From positions 3,264,001 to 3,328,000 of the forward strand of contig OZ245015.1 in the NCBI GenBank assembly GCA_965223705.1: a stretch of DNA of 64,000 nucleotides. Direction: 5' to 3'. The position numbers were made by a program, and so were the translations under genes. Shown piece by piece: positions 19,795 through 28,799 of this stretch; the first letter of the stretch is position 1, and each line of letters begins with the position of its first letter. The notes under the pieces were generated by a model that did not search any database, was not told the DNA's origin, and was given only the letters and a program-made list of their open reading frames with translations. The stretch is from Myxococcota bacterium (GTDB lineage Bacteria > Myxococcota_A > UBA9160 > UBA6930).

Positions 19795-20817
19795 TCAACG
19801 GGGTTCCGCTGGGTGGAAAGGATCGCAGAACACGCAACCGTCGCCGATCCCTTTCGCTTCGAGTAGCCGAGTGACGTCGTCGCACATGGCGGGCGCGCCA
19901 CACAAGTAAGCGTCGAGCGCGCTCGCGTCGGGCAGTTCGCGTTGGATCGCCTGCGTGACCCGACCGACGATCCCGTCCCAACCGCACGCTTCGGTGGGCT
20001 GGGAAAGACATGGACGGTAATCGAGATCGATGCGCCGCCCGAAGTCGGCAAGCTCGGCCTCGTAGGGGAGATCGGCTCGCGTGCGCGCTCCGTAAAACAG
20101 CGTGAACGATCGCCGATCCTCGCGTTCCGCCGCGTCGGCGAGTATCGAGAGGAGCGGCGCCAACCCCGACCCAACGCCGACCAACAGGACGGACCGATCG
20201 CCTTCCCGCAAATAGCTCTGGCCGAACGGGCCTCGTAGTGGAATCTCCGCGCCTGCGGACAGCCGATCGAGTTGTCCGGAGAAAGCGCCGTTCGGCAGCC
20301 GCTTCATCAGGAAATCGAGTCTGCCCTCGTCGCTCGGCGGGTTGGCGATGGAGTACGCACGCCACGCGGAAGCCGCTCCCGGTACGCCCAATTCGACGTA
20401 CTGGCCGGGATAGAACGCGATCGGCTGATCGGGCTCGAGGGAGAGCCGCCACAGCGTCTCCGTGCGCGCCTCTACCGAAGCGACACGCGTCATGGTCTCG
20501 GTCGGCGTCAGGACGGGGAGACTCCGCGCGTCGTCGCCCTCTTCCGCTTCGATCTCGAGATCTTCGAGCGGTACCGCGCAGCACAGGAGAGCAAAACCTT
20601 CTTCTCGCTCTTCCCGGGACAACGCGAACGTCGAAGCCCGACCGAAATCCACGTCCCCCTGGCTGAGGAAGTATTTGCACGAAGAGCAGCTGCCTTGCCG
20701 GCATCCGTAGCGAAGCGGTACGCCCTCGCGGAGCGCGGCGTCGAGAACCGTCTCGCCGGGTCTTACGGAAAACGTCGCGCCGCCGGGCTCTACCCGAACG
20801 CGAAAGGAAGTGGCCAT
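19795..20817 (-). CDS. SDIMO-1 reductase (2Fe-2S/FAD/NAD(P)H)
   Basis: CRQGSCSSC...C ferredoxin domain, RAYSIAN, GVGSGLAP, YLCGAP. Confidence 0.93.
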   Translation of the reverse strand: MATSFRVRVEPGGATFSVRPGETVLDAALREGVPLRYGCRQGSCSSCKYFLSQGDVDFGRASTFALSREEREEGFALLCCAVPLEDLEIEAEEGDDARSLPVLTPTETMTRVASVEARTETLWRLSLEPDQPIAFYPGQYVELGVPGAASAWRAYSIANPPSDEGRLDFLMKRLPNGAFSGQLDRLSAGAEIPLRGPFGQSYLREGDRSVLLVGVGSGLAPLLSILADAAEREDRRSFTLFYGARTRADLPYEAELADFGRRIDLDYRPCLSQPTEACGWDGIVGRVTQAIQRELPDASALDAYLCGAPAMCDDVTRLLEAKGIGDGCVFCDPFHPAEPR

Positions 20818-20820
20818 CGC

Positions 20821-21120
20821 TCAGTCTTCAGAGAGCTGGAGCATCGCCGTCGTCACGAGGAAACTGTCGGGCTCGGTCTCGACGCGGCCGACGAACGAAC
20901 TCATGATGACCAGCCATTCGGAGAGCTCGATCGGCTCGCCGAGCTCTTCCCCGACACGATGAAGATCGATCCGGATCTCTTTTTCGTGGGTCAGCTGCCA
21001 ATACGTCTCTTTGTCTTCGATCGCGACGTCGGGGTGATCTTCTCGGAGCACGTCGAGCGTGGCGTCGGTCTCGGGACTCTTCATCAGCACCAGGACTACC
21101 CGGGAAATCGCCTCGCTCAC
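20821..21120 (-). CDS. SDIMO-1 coupling/effector protein (MmoB/DmpM family)
   Basis: 99 aa, 'VVLVLMKSPE', 'LVIMSSFVGRV'; lies between the beta subunit and the reductase. Confidence 0.92.
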   Translation of the reverse strand: MSEAISRVVLVLMKSPETDATLDVLREDHPDVAIEDKETYWQLTHEKEIRIDLHRVGEELGEPIELSEWLVIMSSFVGRVETEPDSFLVTTAMLQLSED

Positions 21121-22136
21121 TCGAACAACTCCGTGAGGCCGTACGACTCGACAACGTCGCGCTGGCTCTTCTGCGCGTTGTCGAACGCTTCATCGAATGA
21201 GCGGACGGGGCGGGGAATATCCTTCCAGACGGGCTCCAACGCCTTGGCCGCTTCCAGCGCGGGCGCTTGCCACGCCGCAAACCACTCTCGGATCACGTCG
21301 CGGTTTCCCGCCGCGTCGGGATTCTCGTCGGCGATCGCCATTCGAACGAGCTCACCGGCGACCGCCTGATTGCGCCGGCGGTCTCGCTCGGTGGTCAGCG
21401 CGATGACCGGGGTCGCTAAGTCTCGGTGGACCGGCGCGTTGTCTCGCAAGAGCGAACCGACACCCAGGTCGGCAACCACCGGAAGCACCGCGAAATTCGT
21501 GACGACACACAGCTCCGCCCAGTCTTCCAGTGCCATCGCCCGCTCGGCGAGCGACCGGAGCGGTTGATAGGCGGCTTCGGAAAGCCAGCGATCCTTCGCG
21601 CCGGTATCGGCAAACCCTTCGATTTCTTGTTCGAGATCCAGCATGAAGAGCACGATCGCCTGGGCGTGCCGCATGTGGTCAAAGCCTTGAAACGCCATCG
21701 CGTGCCCGATCGGGTCGGAGAGCGCTTCGCGATTCGCCACCGCGAAACTCCGAAAGAGTCCGTACTCGAAGAACGACCAGACGCGGTAGTGATCCCGCAA
21801 GACGTGCTCGACCCAGTCGCGATCGAAGGCTCGGAGAGACCCCGCCGCTTTTGCGTCGTCGACCAGGCGCGCAATCGCTCGTTCCTGCTCGGCTTGCATA
21901 CGAACGTAGCTCCGCTGCCAATAGCGACCCGGATCGCGAAAATCGTACCAGTGAGGGTGACGCAACCGCGTCGATTCCGGGCGCCACGCCGGGCGCCCTT
22001 CTTCGGTGCGCATGTAATACTGGGTGTAAGGCTGATCTGGATCCGGCTGGACGTAGGTCGAGACGGCCTCATAGTCCGATAGCCGCCGCCGCGACGGCTT
22101 GACGTAGGTGATGTCTCGAGGGGCGTCGACGCTCAC
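21117..22136 (-). CDS. SDIMO-1 hydroxylase beta subunit
   Basis: RRRLSDYE, WYDFRDP..YWQRSYV, EYGLF, D.MRHAQ, DWAE motifs. Confidence 0.92.
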   Translation of the reverse strand: MSVDAPRDITYVKPSRRRLSDYEAVSTYVQPDPDQPYTQYYMRTEEGRPAWRPESTRLRHPHWYDFRDPGRYWQRSYVRMQAEQERAIARLVDDAKAAGSLRAFDRDWVEHVLRDHYRVWSFFEYGLFRSFAVANREALSDPIGHAMAFQGFDHMRHAQAIVLFMLDLEQEIEGFADTGAKDRWLSEAAYQPLRSLAERAMALEDWAELCVVTNFAVLPVVADLGVGSLLRDNAPVHRDLATPVIALTTERDRRRNQAVAGELVRMAIADENPDAAGNRDVIREWFAAWQAPALEAAKALEPVWKDIPRPVRSFDEAFDNAQKSQRDVVESYGLTELFE

Positions 22137-23695
22137 GACGCGACGGCCTCCTCTCCTGCCATCACGGGCGGCGCGACGGTGCCTTCCTCCTCCATCACAC
22201 GGAGCGGATTCTTGATCTCAAAATCCATCCGGTCGATATCGTCGATCGTCCACATGCGATCGCGGTCGAGATGTGGCTGGCCGAGAAGCGTTTTGTTGTC
22301 CGCACGCAGAAGGCCGTTCTTGCGGATGTACTCCGACAAGCTCCAGCCGTCGTAGACTTCGTCGAATGCCAGGGCGTGCAGGTAGCGGCCCGGGCTTTCA
22401 CTGAAAATGTATTCGCATGCGTCGGAACAGAACGCGTGGAGCCGCCTCTCGTGGGTGCGCACGCGACCGTGGGATGCCTCGACCGTGGGGAATACGCAGG
22501 GCATCTGACACACGCGACACAGTGTCGGCAACGACTCGAAGCCCTCAATCGAGCACGTGCCCTGGGCCGGATCGCAGAGGTCGCGGTACTGGTTCCAGAA
22601 CGCCCCGTAGCGCTCGTACCATCCCGGGGATTTCTTCTCGAACCAATCCATATCGGCTTCGGTGGGCGGATCGAAGCGCCAATAGCTCAAGGGCCAAGCG
22701 GCGAAAGCGAGCATCGCAGCCGTGTGACCCGACCACGACATTCTTTCCTTGGCCAAGTCGAACCAGCGCGGGACTTTCAATCCGAAGGGCTGGAGCTTGG
22801 CGATGTAAGCACCGGCCCAATCTTCCGCGAGCCACTCGTTCCACTTCTCCAGGTAGGAATCGCCGCGCTCCTTCTGGAAGTAGTCGTAGACCACGTGCAC
22901 AAAGGGATCGAGAAACGCGTGTTGGCGCCAAAACGCACGATCGAAGTCCTGCTGGAGCATGGGCAGGTTGTCGGGCTCGGCGAGGACCGCCGCGAGCGTC
23001 GAATACCCGTTGGCCATGTGGCGCGCTTCGTCCGATTGGATACTGAGAAACACGGTCGGAGTCGCTTGATCGCCGTTCTGTGCGGCCATCTGCGTCATCG
23101 CCACGAAGATCGAGTTCGTGTACGCCGTCTCTGCGACGACTTGAAGGTTCAGCGCGCCTTCGATGGGATCGCCCACGAAAAAGCACTCGAGCGCACTTTG
23201 GCTGGCGCGCCCGAATACATTGAGGCTTTTCAGCGGAATCGCGCGATCGAAGCCCTCGGAATCCGGAGCGTGCTTCGCCATGTACCGGTTCAGGTACGTC
23301 TCCTGGTTGACGTGGCGGACCTCGTCGAGCATCTGCGCCATGTAACCCTGCCGGAGCGCCGCGTTGTCCACCGTGTCGACGAGTTGGCCGCAGCATTTCA
23401 TCGCCCCGTACTCACCGAAGGTCAGCACCGGCAACGCGATCTTCAAGATCTCGGTCCAGCGTTCTTCGGCTTGTCCGGTCGAGCCACTGCGGGCAATCGC
23501 GTCCTCGAGTGCACCGTATTGCCGGTCGTCCTTTTCCTGCTCCATCGAGCAGTAGTCGCGGATCAGGTGCCGGAACGGGTCCTTCGTCTTCGCGGGAATC
23601 TTGTACTTCGTGGGATAGCGCTCGGGCTTCGTGTGATACGTGGGTTCCCAATCAAAGTCCTTTACGCGGTTGTGAGCTTCGACGAGGTTCTTCAC
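22133..23695 (-). CDS. SDIMO-1 hydroxylase alpha subunit (group 6, propane/short-chain alkane-ether monooxygenase-like)
   Basis: Di-iron ligands EYGA / DEVRH / ETAYTN / DEARH; C-terminal CRVCQMPC and FCS..C; GTG start with GGAGG RBS. Confidence 0.93.
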   Translation of the reverse strand: MKNLVEAHNRVKDFDWEPTYHTKPERYPTKYKIPAKTKDPFRHLIRDYCSMEQEKDDRQYGALEDAIARSGSTGQAEERWTEILKIALPVLTFGEYGAMKCCGQLVDTVDNAALRQGYMAQMLDEVRHVNQETYLNRYMAKHAPDSEGFDRAIPLKSLNVFGRASQSALECFFVGDPIEGALNLQVVAETAYTNSIFVAMTQMAAQNGDQATPTVFLSIQSDEARHMANGYSTLAAVLAEPDNLPMLQQDFDRAFWRQHAFLDPFVHVVYDYFQKERGDSYLEKWNEWLAEDWAGAYIAKLQPFGLKVPRWFDLAKERMSWSGHTAAMLAFAAWPLSYWRFDPPTEADMDWFEKKSPGWYERYGAFWNQYRDLCDPAQGTCSIEGFESLPTLCRVCQMPCVFPTVEASHGRVRTHERRLHAFCSDACEYIFSESPGRYLHALAFDEVYDGWSLSEYIRKNGLLRADNKTLLGQPHLDRDRMWTIDDIDRMDFEIKNPLRVMEEEGTVAPPVMAGEEAVAS

Positions 23696-23750
23696 GGAGC
23701 GCTTTCCTCCATAGGGTCGTTGCGACCCTCACGATAGAGCTGTGGCCAGT

Positions 23751-23781
23751 TTCATGATGAACCTGGTGACAACTTTGTCAA
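23751..23781 (-). promoter_or_regulatory. sigma70-like promoter of the SDIMO-1 operon, overlapped by palindromic operator TGACAA-CT-TTGTCA (23767-23780) and a second IR TTCAT-G-ATGAA (23751-23761)
   Basis: Minus strand reads TTGACA-16 nt-CATCAT in an AT-rich patch about 60-85 bp upstream of the alpha-subunit start. Confidence 0.65.
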
Positions 23782-23802
23782 TACAATTTTGGCGCGAGCG
23801 AC

Positions 23803-24579
23803 CTATTCCTCTACGAAGTGACGGGGTGCCTTCGAAAAATAGGTCTCCCGGGCAATCCGGCTGTTCTCACTGTGCCCCATCAGGGCAGCGGAGAGGTGAT
23901 CCAGGTGGTGAATCGAGCGGTCGAGGGCCTTGGCGTAGGCGTTGATCGACGCCTTGGTGCTGAAGGTCGGCCAGGCGGGTTGCCGTGCGATCTCCTCCGC
24001 CAACTCGGTCGCTCTCGCGAGAAGCGCATCCTCCGCCACCACTTCGTTGACGAAGCCGTAGTCGAGCAGCTGCTCGGCGCCGTACGTGTGGCCGAGGATG
24101 ATCATCTCTTTCGCTCGCGCGGGTCCGACGAGCTGGATCACGGCTGGGATCGTGTGCCAAGTTAAGTTGAAGCCGATGCTCACCTCGTTGATCGTCAGCG
24201 ACGTGCTCGAAGCGGCGAGCCGGAAATCGCAAGTCGCCGGAAGCACGGCTCCGCCGCCAATGCAGTACCCGTGCATACAAGCGATGGTGATGGGCGAGAG
24301 GTTCGTCAACAGGTCGGCCATTCGGGCACCCGCTTTCGACATGTCGATCGATTCCGTGGTGTTCATGCGAGGCACCTTGAGATCGGCCCCCGAGCAGAAG
24401 CTCTTCCCCTCTCCCCGGAGAATCACCACGCGAACGTCGCGCAGGCGATCGAGTGCCGCGGCCGCCGTCGTCACGTCGGCGATCAGCTGTGGGTTTACGG
24501 CGTTGTGGACCGCGGGGCGGTTCAGCACCAAATGACGGATCGGTCCGTCGCCTTCGACACGAACGGTTTCGAGTTCCAT
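23803..24579 (-). CDS. enoyl-CoA hydratase/isomerase family protein
   Basis: LNRPAVHNA, FCSGADL, HGYCIGGG, NEVSIG. Confidence 0.9.
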   Translation of the reverse strand: MELETVRVEGDGPIRHLVLNRPAVHNAVNPQLIADVTTAAAALDRLRDVRVVILRGEGKSFCSGADLKVPRMNTTESIDMSKAGARMADLLTNLSPITIACMHGYCIGGGAVLPATCDFRLAASSTSLTINEVSIGFNLTWHTIPAVIQLVGPARAKEMIILGHTYGAEQLLDYGFVNEVVAEDALLARATELAEEIARQPAWPTFSTKASINAYAKALDRSIHHLDHLSAALMGHSENSRIARETYFSKAPRHFVEE

Positions 24580-24669
24580 ACATCCTCCTCGTGCGGGTGT
24601 ACCTTACGCCCCGCCACTTCGCGAGGCTCGGCGGTTCCGGATAAACTCAGGTCTCAACCAGGAGTCACC

Positions 24670-24999
24670 ATGAGCGAAACACTGCACCCGATCGCCACTC
24701 GAATGGTCTACGAAGATGAGTTTGTGCGCGTCTGGCACCAGCACGTACCGAAAGGGGGGCGTATCGAACGCCACGAACACGAGCTCGACTATTTCCTCCT
24801 GAACGTCGCCGGCGAAGGCCCCATCGATGTGACGTTTCACGACGGAACGGGAGGTGAGCTCGGAGAATCGTTTCAGTTCGTGCCGAAACCGGGCGAGTCG
24901 GTCTTCATCCCCAAAGGACACATCGAGACCGCCGTCAACCACGGCGAGGATTTTCGCGCAGTGCTCGTCGAGCTGAAGCGTCCGGAAGGCTCCGACTAG
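24670..24999 (+). CDS. cupin domain protein
   Basis: E..FVRVW, HEHELDY, FIPKGHIETAVN, VLVELK; ATG after AGGAG. Confidence 0.75.
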   Translation: MSETLHPIATRMVYEDEFVRVWHQHVPKGGRIERHEHELDYFLLNVAGEGPIDVTFHDGTGGELGESFQFVPKPGESVFIPKGHIETAVNHGEDFRAVLVELKRPEGSD

Positions 25000-25005
25000 C
25001 GCCGG

Positions 25006-25995
25006 ATGCGCCTCCGGTGGGCACTCGGCGCGCTGGCCTCACTCCTGTGCATCGTGGGCGTTGCGCTGGGCGGCGGGGTCCTTCTGGCTCACAGCGATGC
25101 CCCGAAACCCGACGCTACGGTAGACGTGTTCGGCCTCTCCGAGCTCGCCTCCCTCCCGCGACCGAACCTGCCACCCCTCCTCCGCTATCCGGCGCGGGAC
25201 GGCGCCGCTCTTCCCTACCGCTTCTACGACGCCAGGTCGGACCGCATCCTGATCCTTCTGCACGGCTCGAGCTACCACGGCGGTGGCTATCACTTGCAAG
25301 CCCATACGCTCAGTGTTTCGGATACAGCGAAGATCGTGTTGCCGAATCTGCGCGGACACTTTCAGTCGGGCGACACCCGGGGCGACGTCTCCTACATCGG
25401 CCAGTTGGAAGACGACATCGCGGACCTCATCGGGCACCTGCGCGAGCGTGGACACGATGGACCGGTCTTCCTCGCCGGCCATTCAAGCGGGGGTGGACTG
25501 GCGCTGCGCTTCGCGGGCGGGCAGCACCGCGCGCTCGTCGAAAGCTACCTCCTCCTGGCACCGGCGATTCCCGGCACGCCGGCGCTTGCGCCCGGTGCCG
25601 GGGGTTGGGCCACGCTTCACTGGAAACGGCTGGTGGGGTTGTTGTTTCTGAATCAATTCGGCGTCCATCGCTACGACGGCCTACCGATCATCGCCTTCAA
25701 TGTGCCCGAAGCCTTGCGCGACGGGTCCGAGACCCTCTCATACTCCCACCGCTTGAATCTCTCCTACCACCCGCGGCGGGACCTGCGAGGCGACCTCAAG
25801 GGCCTTGCGCCGGGCAGCCTCGTGATCGTCGGCGGCCGAGACGAAGCGGTCGACGCAAAGCCGCTCGCAGAACTCGTTTCACGACACGCGCCAGCGGTCG
25901 AGATCTCTGTGATTGAGCCCCTTACCCATTTCGGCATTCTTCGGGATGCCGGCGTCCTCGCGAACGTCCAACGCTGGCTTCGAACGTCGCAATAG
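25006..25995 (+). CDS. membrane-anchored alpha/beta hydrolase (lysophospholipase-like)
   Basis: N-terminal TM/signal segment, LLHGS, NLRGH, GHSSGG, LTHFG. Confidence 0.85.
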   Translation: MRLRWALGALASLLCIVGVALGGGVLLAHSDAPKPDATVDVFGLSELASLPRPNLPPLLRYPARDGAALPYRFYDARSDRILILLHGSSYHGGGYHLQAHTLSVSDTAKIVLPNLRGHFQSGDTRGDVSYIGQLEDDIADLIGHLRERGHDGPVFLAGHSSGGGLALRFAGGQHRALVESYLLLAPAIPGTPALAPGAGGWATLHWKRLVGLLFLNQFGVHRYDGLPIIAFNVPEALRDGSETLSYSHRLNLSYHPRRDLRGDLKGLAPGSLVIVGGRDEAVDAKPLAELVSRHAPAVEISVIEPLTHFGILRDAGVLANVQRWLRTSQ

Positions 25996-26001
25996 CCGCG
26001 A

Positions 26002-27207
26002 CTACTGGTAGATCTCCGCCTTCGCCCGTGCGGCTCTCACGACGGGAATTGCATCGTCCGCGGGCGCTTCCATCCAGGTTTTTCGCGCGAGCGCAGCTTC
26101 GATAAAAGGCGCAAGCTCGTCGGCCTTGCGGGCGTCGCGAGCTTCACGACGATCGACAAACTCGGGCAGCACTTGATCCCCAAAGAGCTCGAGGCTCTCG
26201 CAGATATGCTCGTGTCGGTTGTTCCCGCCCTGCTGCAGGAAGATGACTTGATCGACACCGACGTCCTCGTATGCGCGCACAAGCTCGGCGAAGTCGCTCG
26301 GCGTGCCGATTCCGGGCGCGGCGCGTTTCAGGGTCTTTTTCTTTGACTGCGCTTTGTAGTCCGACCAAAGCGTCGTCCGCCCCGGCACGTTGTCCTTCGT
26401 GACGAGGGCTCCCATCGCGTAGTTGAAGAAACGAAAGCCATCGATTCCGCGACGAACCGCTTCGTCGCGCTCATGATGCAGGGAGAACGGAGCGACCATG
26501 GCGATGTTCGCGTTCACGCAATGTCCGAGAGGGACGCAGGCCTCACTTCGAATCGTCCCGTAGTAGATATCCGCCCAGCGCTTCGCCTCGTCCGGGTCGA
26601 CGAAGCTGAACGCGAGGGCGCCGAGGCCGTTGCGTGCAGCCGTTTCGATGGTGGATCGATTCGTGCAGGCCATCCACATCGGCGGATGTGGTTTCTGCAG
26701 GGGTTTGGGGAGCACGTTTCGTGCGGGCATGGAGAAGCCCTCGCCGTCGTAGCCGGGATAGGGGTCCATCGCCATCATGTTCGCGATTTGCTCGGCCGCT
26801 TCGAGTGCGAGGGCGCGCTTCTTCTTCGCGGAGATCTGAAAGCCGTGGAGCTCCATCCGCGTCGCGCTCTCACCGATCCCGAACTCGACGCGGCCGGACG
26901 AGACAAGATCCAGCATTCCGACCGCCTCGGCGGTGCGAGCCGGGTGGTTGTAGAGGGGGATCACCTGCCGAATGCCAAAGCCCACCCGGATCCTCTCCGT
27001 CTTGGCGGCCAATGCCGAAAGGAAGACCTCGGAGGCCGAGCAGTGCGAGTATTCGTCGAGGAAGTGGTGCTCGACGGCCCACGCGTGGTCGATGCCCAGC
27101 TTGTCCGCGAGGACGACCTGTTCCATGGCCTCGCGGACCAGACGGTGCTCGGCATCGTCGTCCCAAGGCTTGGGGAGCTGCAGTTCGTAGAACACGCCGA
27201 ATCTCAT
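26002..27207 (-). CDS. LLM-class flavin-dependent oxidoreductase (close paralog of 11038..12252)
   Basis: Same N-terminus MRFGVFYELQLPKPWD, AVEHHFL.EYSHCSASEVFL; GGAGG RBS. Confidence 0.92.
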   Translation of the reverse strand: MRFGVFYELQLPKPWDDDAEHRLVREAMEQVVLADKLGIDHAWAVEHHFLDEYSHCSASEVFLSALAAKTERIRVGFGIRQVIPLYNHPARTAEAVGMLDLVSSGRVEFGIGESATRMELHGFQISAKKKRALALEAAEQIANMMAMDPYPGYDGEGFSMPARNVLPKPLQKPHPPMWMACTNRSTIETAARNGLGALAFSFVDPDEAKRWADIYYGTIRSEACVPLGHCVNANIAMVAPFSLHHERDEAVRRGIDGFRFFNYAMGALVTKDNVPGRTTLWSDYKAQSKKKTLKRAAPGIGTPSDFAELVRAYEDVGVDQVIFLQQGGNNRHEHICESLELFGDQVLPEFVDRREARDARKADELAPFIEAALARKTWMEAPADDAIPVVRAARAKAEIYQ

Positions 27208-27286
27208 GCGACCTCCTATAACAAAGCACCGGGAGCGACCGTGCCGCGCGATGCTACCGCGATATCCTCTCCTCCCGGAGGTTCTC

Positions 27287-27748
27287 ATGATCTCAGCCAG
27301 CAAGCCTTGGAGCCGAGCGGTTCTCGCGCTCGCGCTGATCACGGGAGCGCTCGCCTGTAGCGGCCCCTTCGTCCTGCTGCCCGGCGGCGCCCTCGAGGGC
27401 AGCGTCGCGCCGACGCCGGACAACTGGGCCGCCACCGACGCGATCCAGACGATCCAGCTCGAAACCAATCCCCGAGACCCTTATTCCGTCAACCTCTGGG
27501 TCATTGCCGATGGTGAGCAGCTCTATGTTCACGCAGGCGCGAGTCGAGCCACCTGGGTCGAGCATATGGAGTCGGATCCGAACGTCCGCCTCCGCGTGGA
27601 TGACGAGATCTACGAACTCACCGCGACGCGCGTGGACAGCCAGGAAGAGTTCGACCGCTTTAGCGACCTGTATGAGAAGAAATACGATCGAAGACCGCGA
27701 AACGAGAACGTGGACGAAGCGTACTTGTTTCGACTCATCGGGCGCTGA
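27287..27748 (+). CDS. putative lipoprotein with an FMN/F420-binding split-barrel-like fold (DUF2255-like)
   Basis: Lipobox-like ALAC; 'PYSVNLW', 'W..HMESDPNVRLRV', 'Y.KKY' are typical of split-barrel proteins. Confidence 0.55.
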   Translation: MISASKPWSRAVLALALITGALACSGPFVLLPGGALEGSVAPTPDNWAATDAIQTIQLETNPRDPYSVNLWVIADGEQLYVHAGASRATWVEHMESDPNVRLRVDDEIYELTATRVDSQEEFDRFSDLYEKKYDRRPRNENVDEAYLFRLIGR

Positions 27749-27763
27749 TCGCGAGGGCGACGA

Positions 27764-28315
27764 ATGAACATCCGCGAACTCAACGTACAGCCGGCTTCAC
27801 CGGCAGCGCTAGCACCCTACGGAGAGCTACTGGGACCCGATCGGCCCATCGCTCATCACATCGGCGATTTCTACGAGGGCGCCGTCTCGATACACGAACC
27901 GGTGTCCTTCGTCTCAGACGAAGACACCTGCCTGTCGCTCGCGACGGTGCAGCCGCGTCCGCTCGAGATCGACTACCTCGAGCGCCACTTCAAGCACACG
28001 CAGACTTTCCTTCCGCTCGGCGGCAAACCGTTCGTCGCCGTGTTCGGTGCCCCGAACGAAGGGGACATGCCTGAACTCGATCAGCTTGAGGCGTTCCGTT
28101 TCGATGGCCGCTCGGGTTTCTGCATGCGCGTCGGAACTTGGCACGAGTTCCCGTTCGCCCTCGAAGCCGACACCCAGCTCGTCATCGTGTTGCGCAACGA
28201 AACGACGCGCGACTTAGCCGGTGACAACATCGTCGACAACGAGGCCCAGGGCGGCGATCTCGACAAAAAGAACCTGCTGAAAAGAACGGGTGTTCGAATC
28301 CGACTCCGCGTGTGA
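27764..28315 (+). CDS. allA: ureidoglycolate lyase-like protein
   Basis: A.APYGEL, LERHFKHTQTFLPL, GTWHEFP motifs. Confidence 0.75.
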   Translation: MNIRELNVQPASPAALAPYGELLGPDRPIAHHIGDFYEGAVSIHEPVSFVSDEDTCLSLATVQPRPLEIDYLERHFKHTQTFLPLGGKPFVAVFGAPNEGDMPELDQLEAFRFDGRSGFCMRVGTWHEFPFALEADTQLVIVLRNETTRDLAGDNIVDNEAQGGDLDKKNLLKRTGVRIRLRV

Positions 28316-28333
28316 ACCCCAGGGAGGCGTACG

Positions 28334-28795
28334 ATGAGACGACGCTACGACAAGCCAATCGCGGCGATCCTGTTTGCCGCGCTCGCGTCGGGTATCGGCG
28401 CATCGGCGGGTGCAGAGGAAGACGTCAACAAGAACTGGTGGGGTGTCGCGATCCGAGGCTACGACCCGGTTGCTTATTTCACGATGGGTGAACCGGTAGA
28501 GGGTTCGTCGGATTTCGAGCACGAGTGGCAAGGCGCAACCTGGCGCTTTGTGAATGCGTCGCATCGCGATCGATTCGCCGCCGACCCGGAAGCCTTTGCT
28601 CCGCGATACGGGGGCTACTGCGCCGGCGGTATGGCCCTGGGACGCAAGGCTTCGATCGATCCCCAGGCGTGGGTCATCGTCGACGGCAAGCTCTATTTGA
28701 ATTACGACAAGAAGAGTCGAGACAACTTTGCAAAAGATCCGGGGCCCAAAATCAAAGAGGCAGATGCCAACTGGGAATCCCTCGGACAGCGATAG
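28334..28795 (+). CDS. secreted YHS-domain protein
   Basis: Signal peptide; AIRGYDPVAYF, F.ADPE.FAPRYGGYCA, W.IVDGKLYLNY. Confidence 0.88.
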   Translation: MRRRYDKPIAAILFAALASGIGASAGAEEDVNKNWWGVAIRGYDPVAYFTMGEPVEGSSDFEHEWQGATWRFVNASHRDRFAADPEAFAPRYGGYCAGGMALGRKASIDPQAWVIVDGKLYLNYDKKSRDNFAKDPGPKIKEADANWESLGQR

Positions 28796-28799
28796 CCCC

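Noticed and set aside
28334..28795. YHS-domain protein as a second selenoprotein
   Set aside because: The GGYCA position is TGC (Cys) and there is no in-frame TGA
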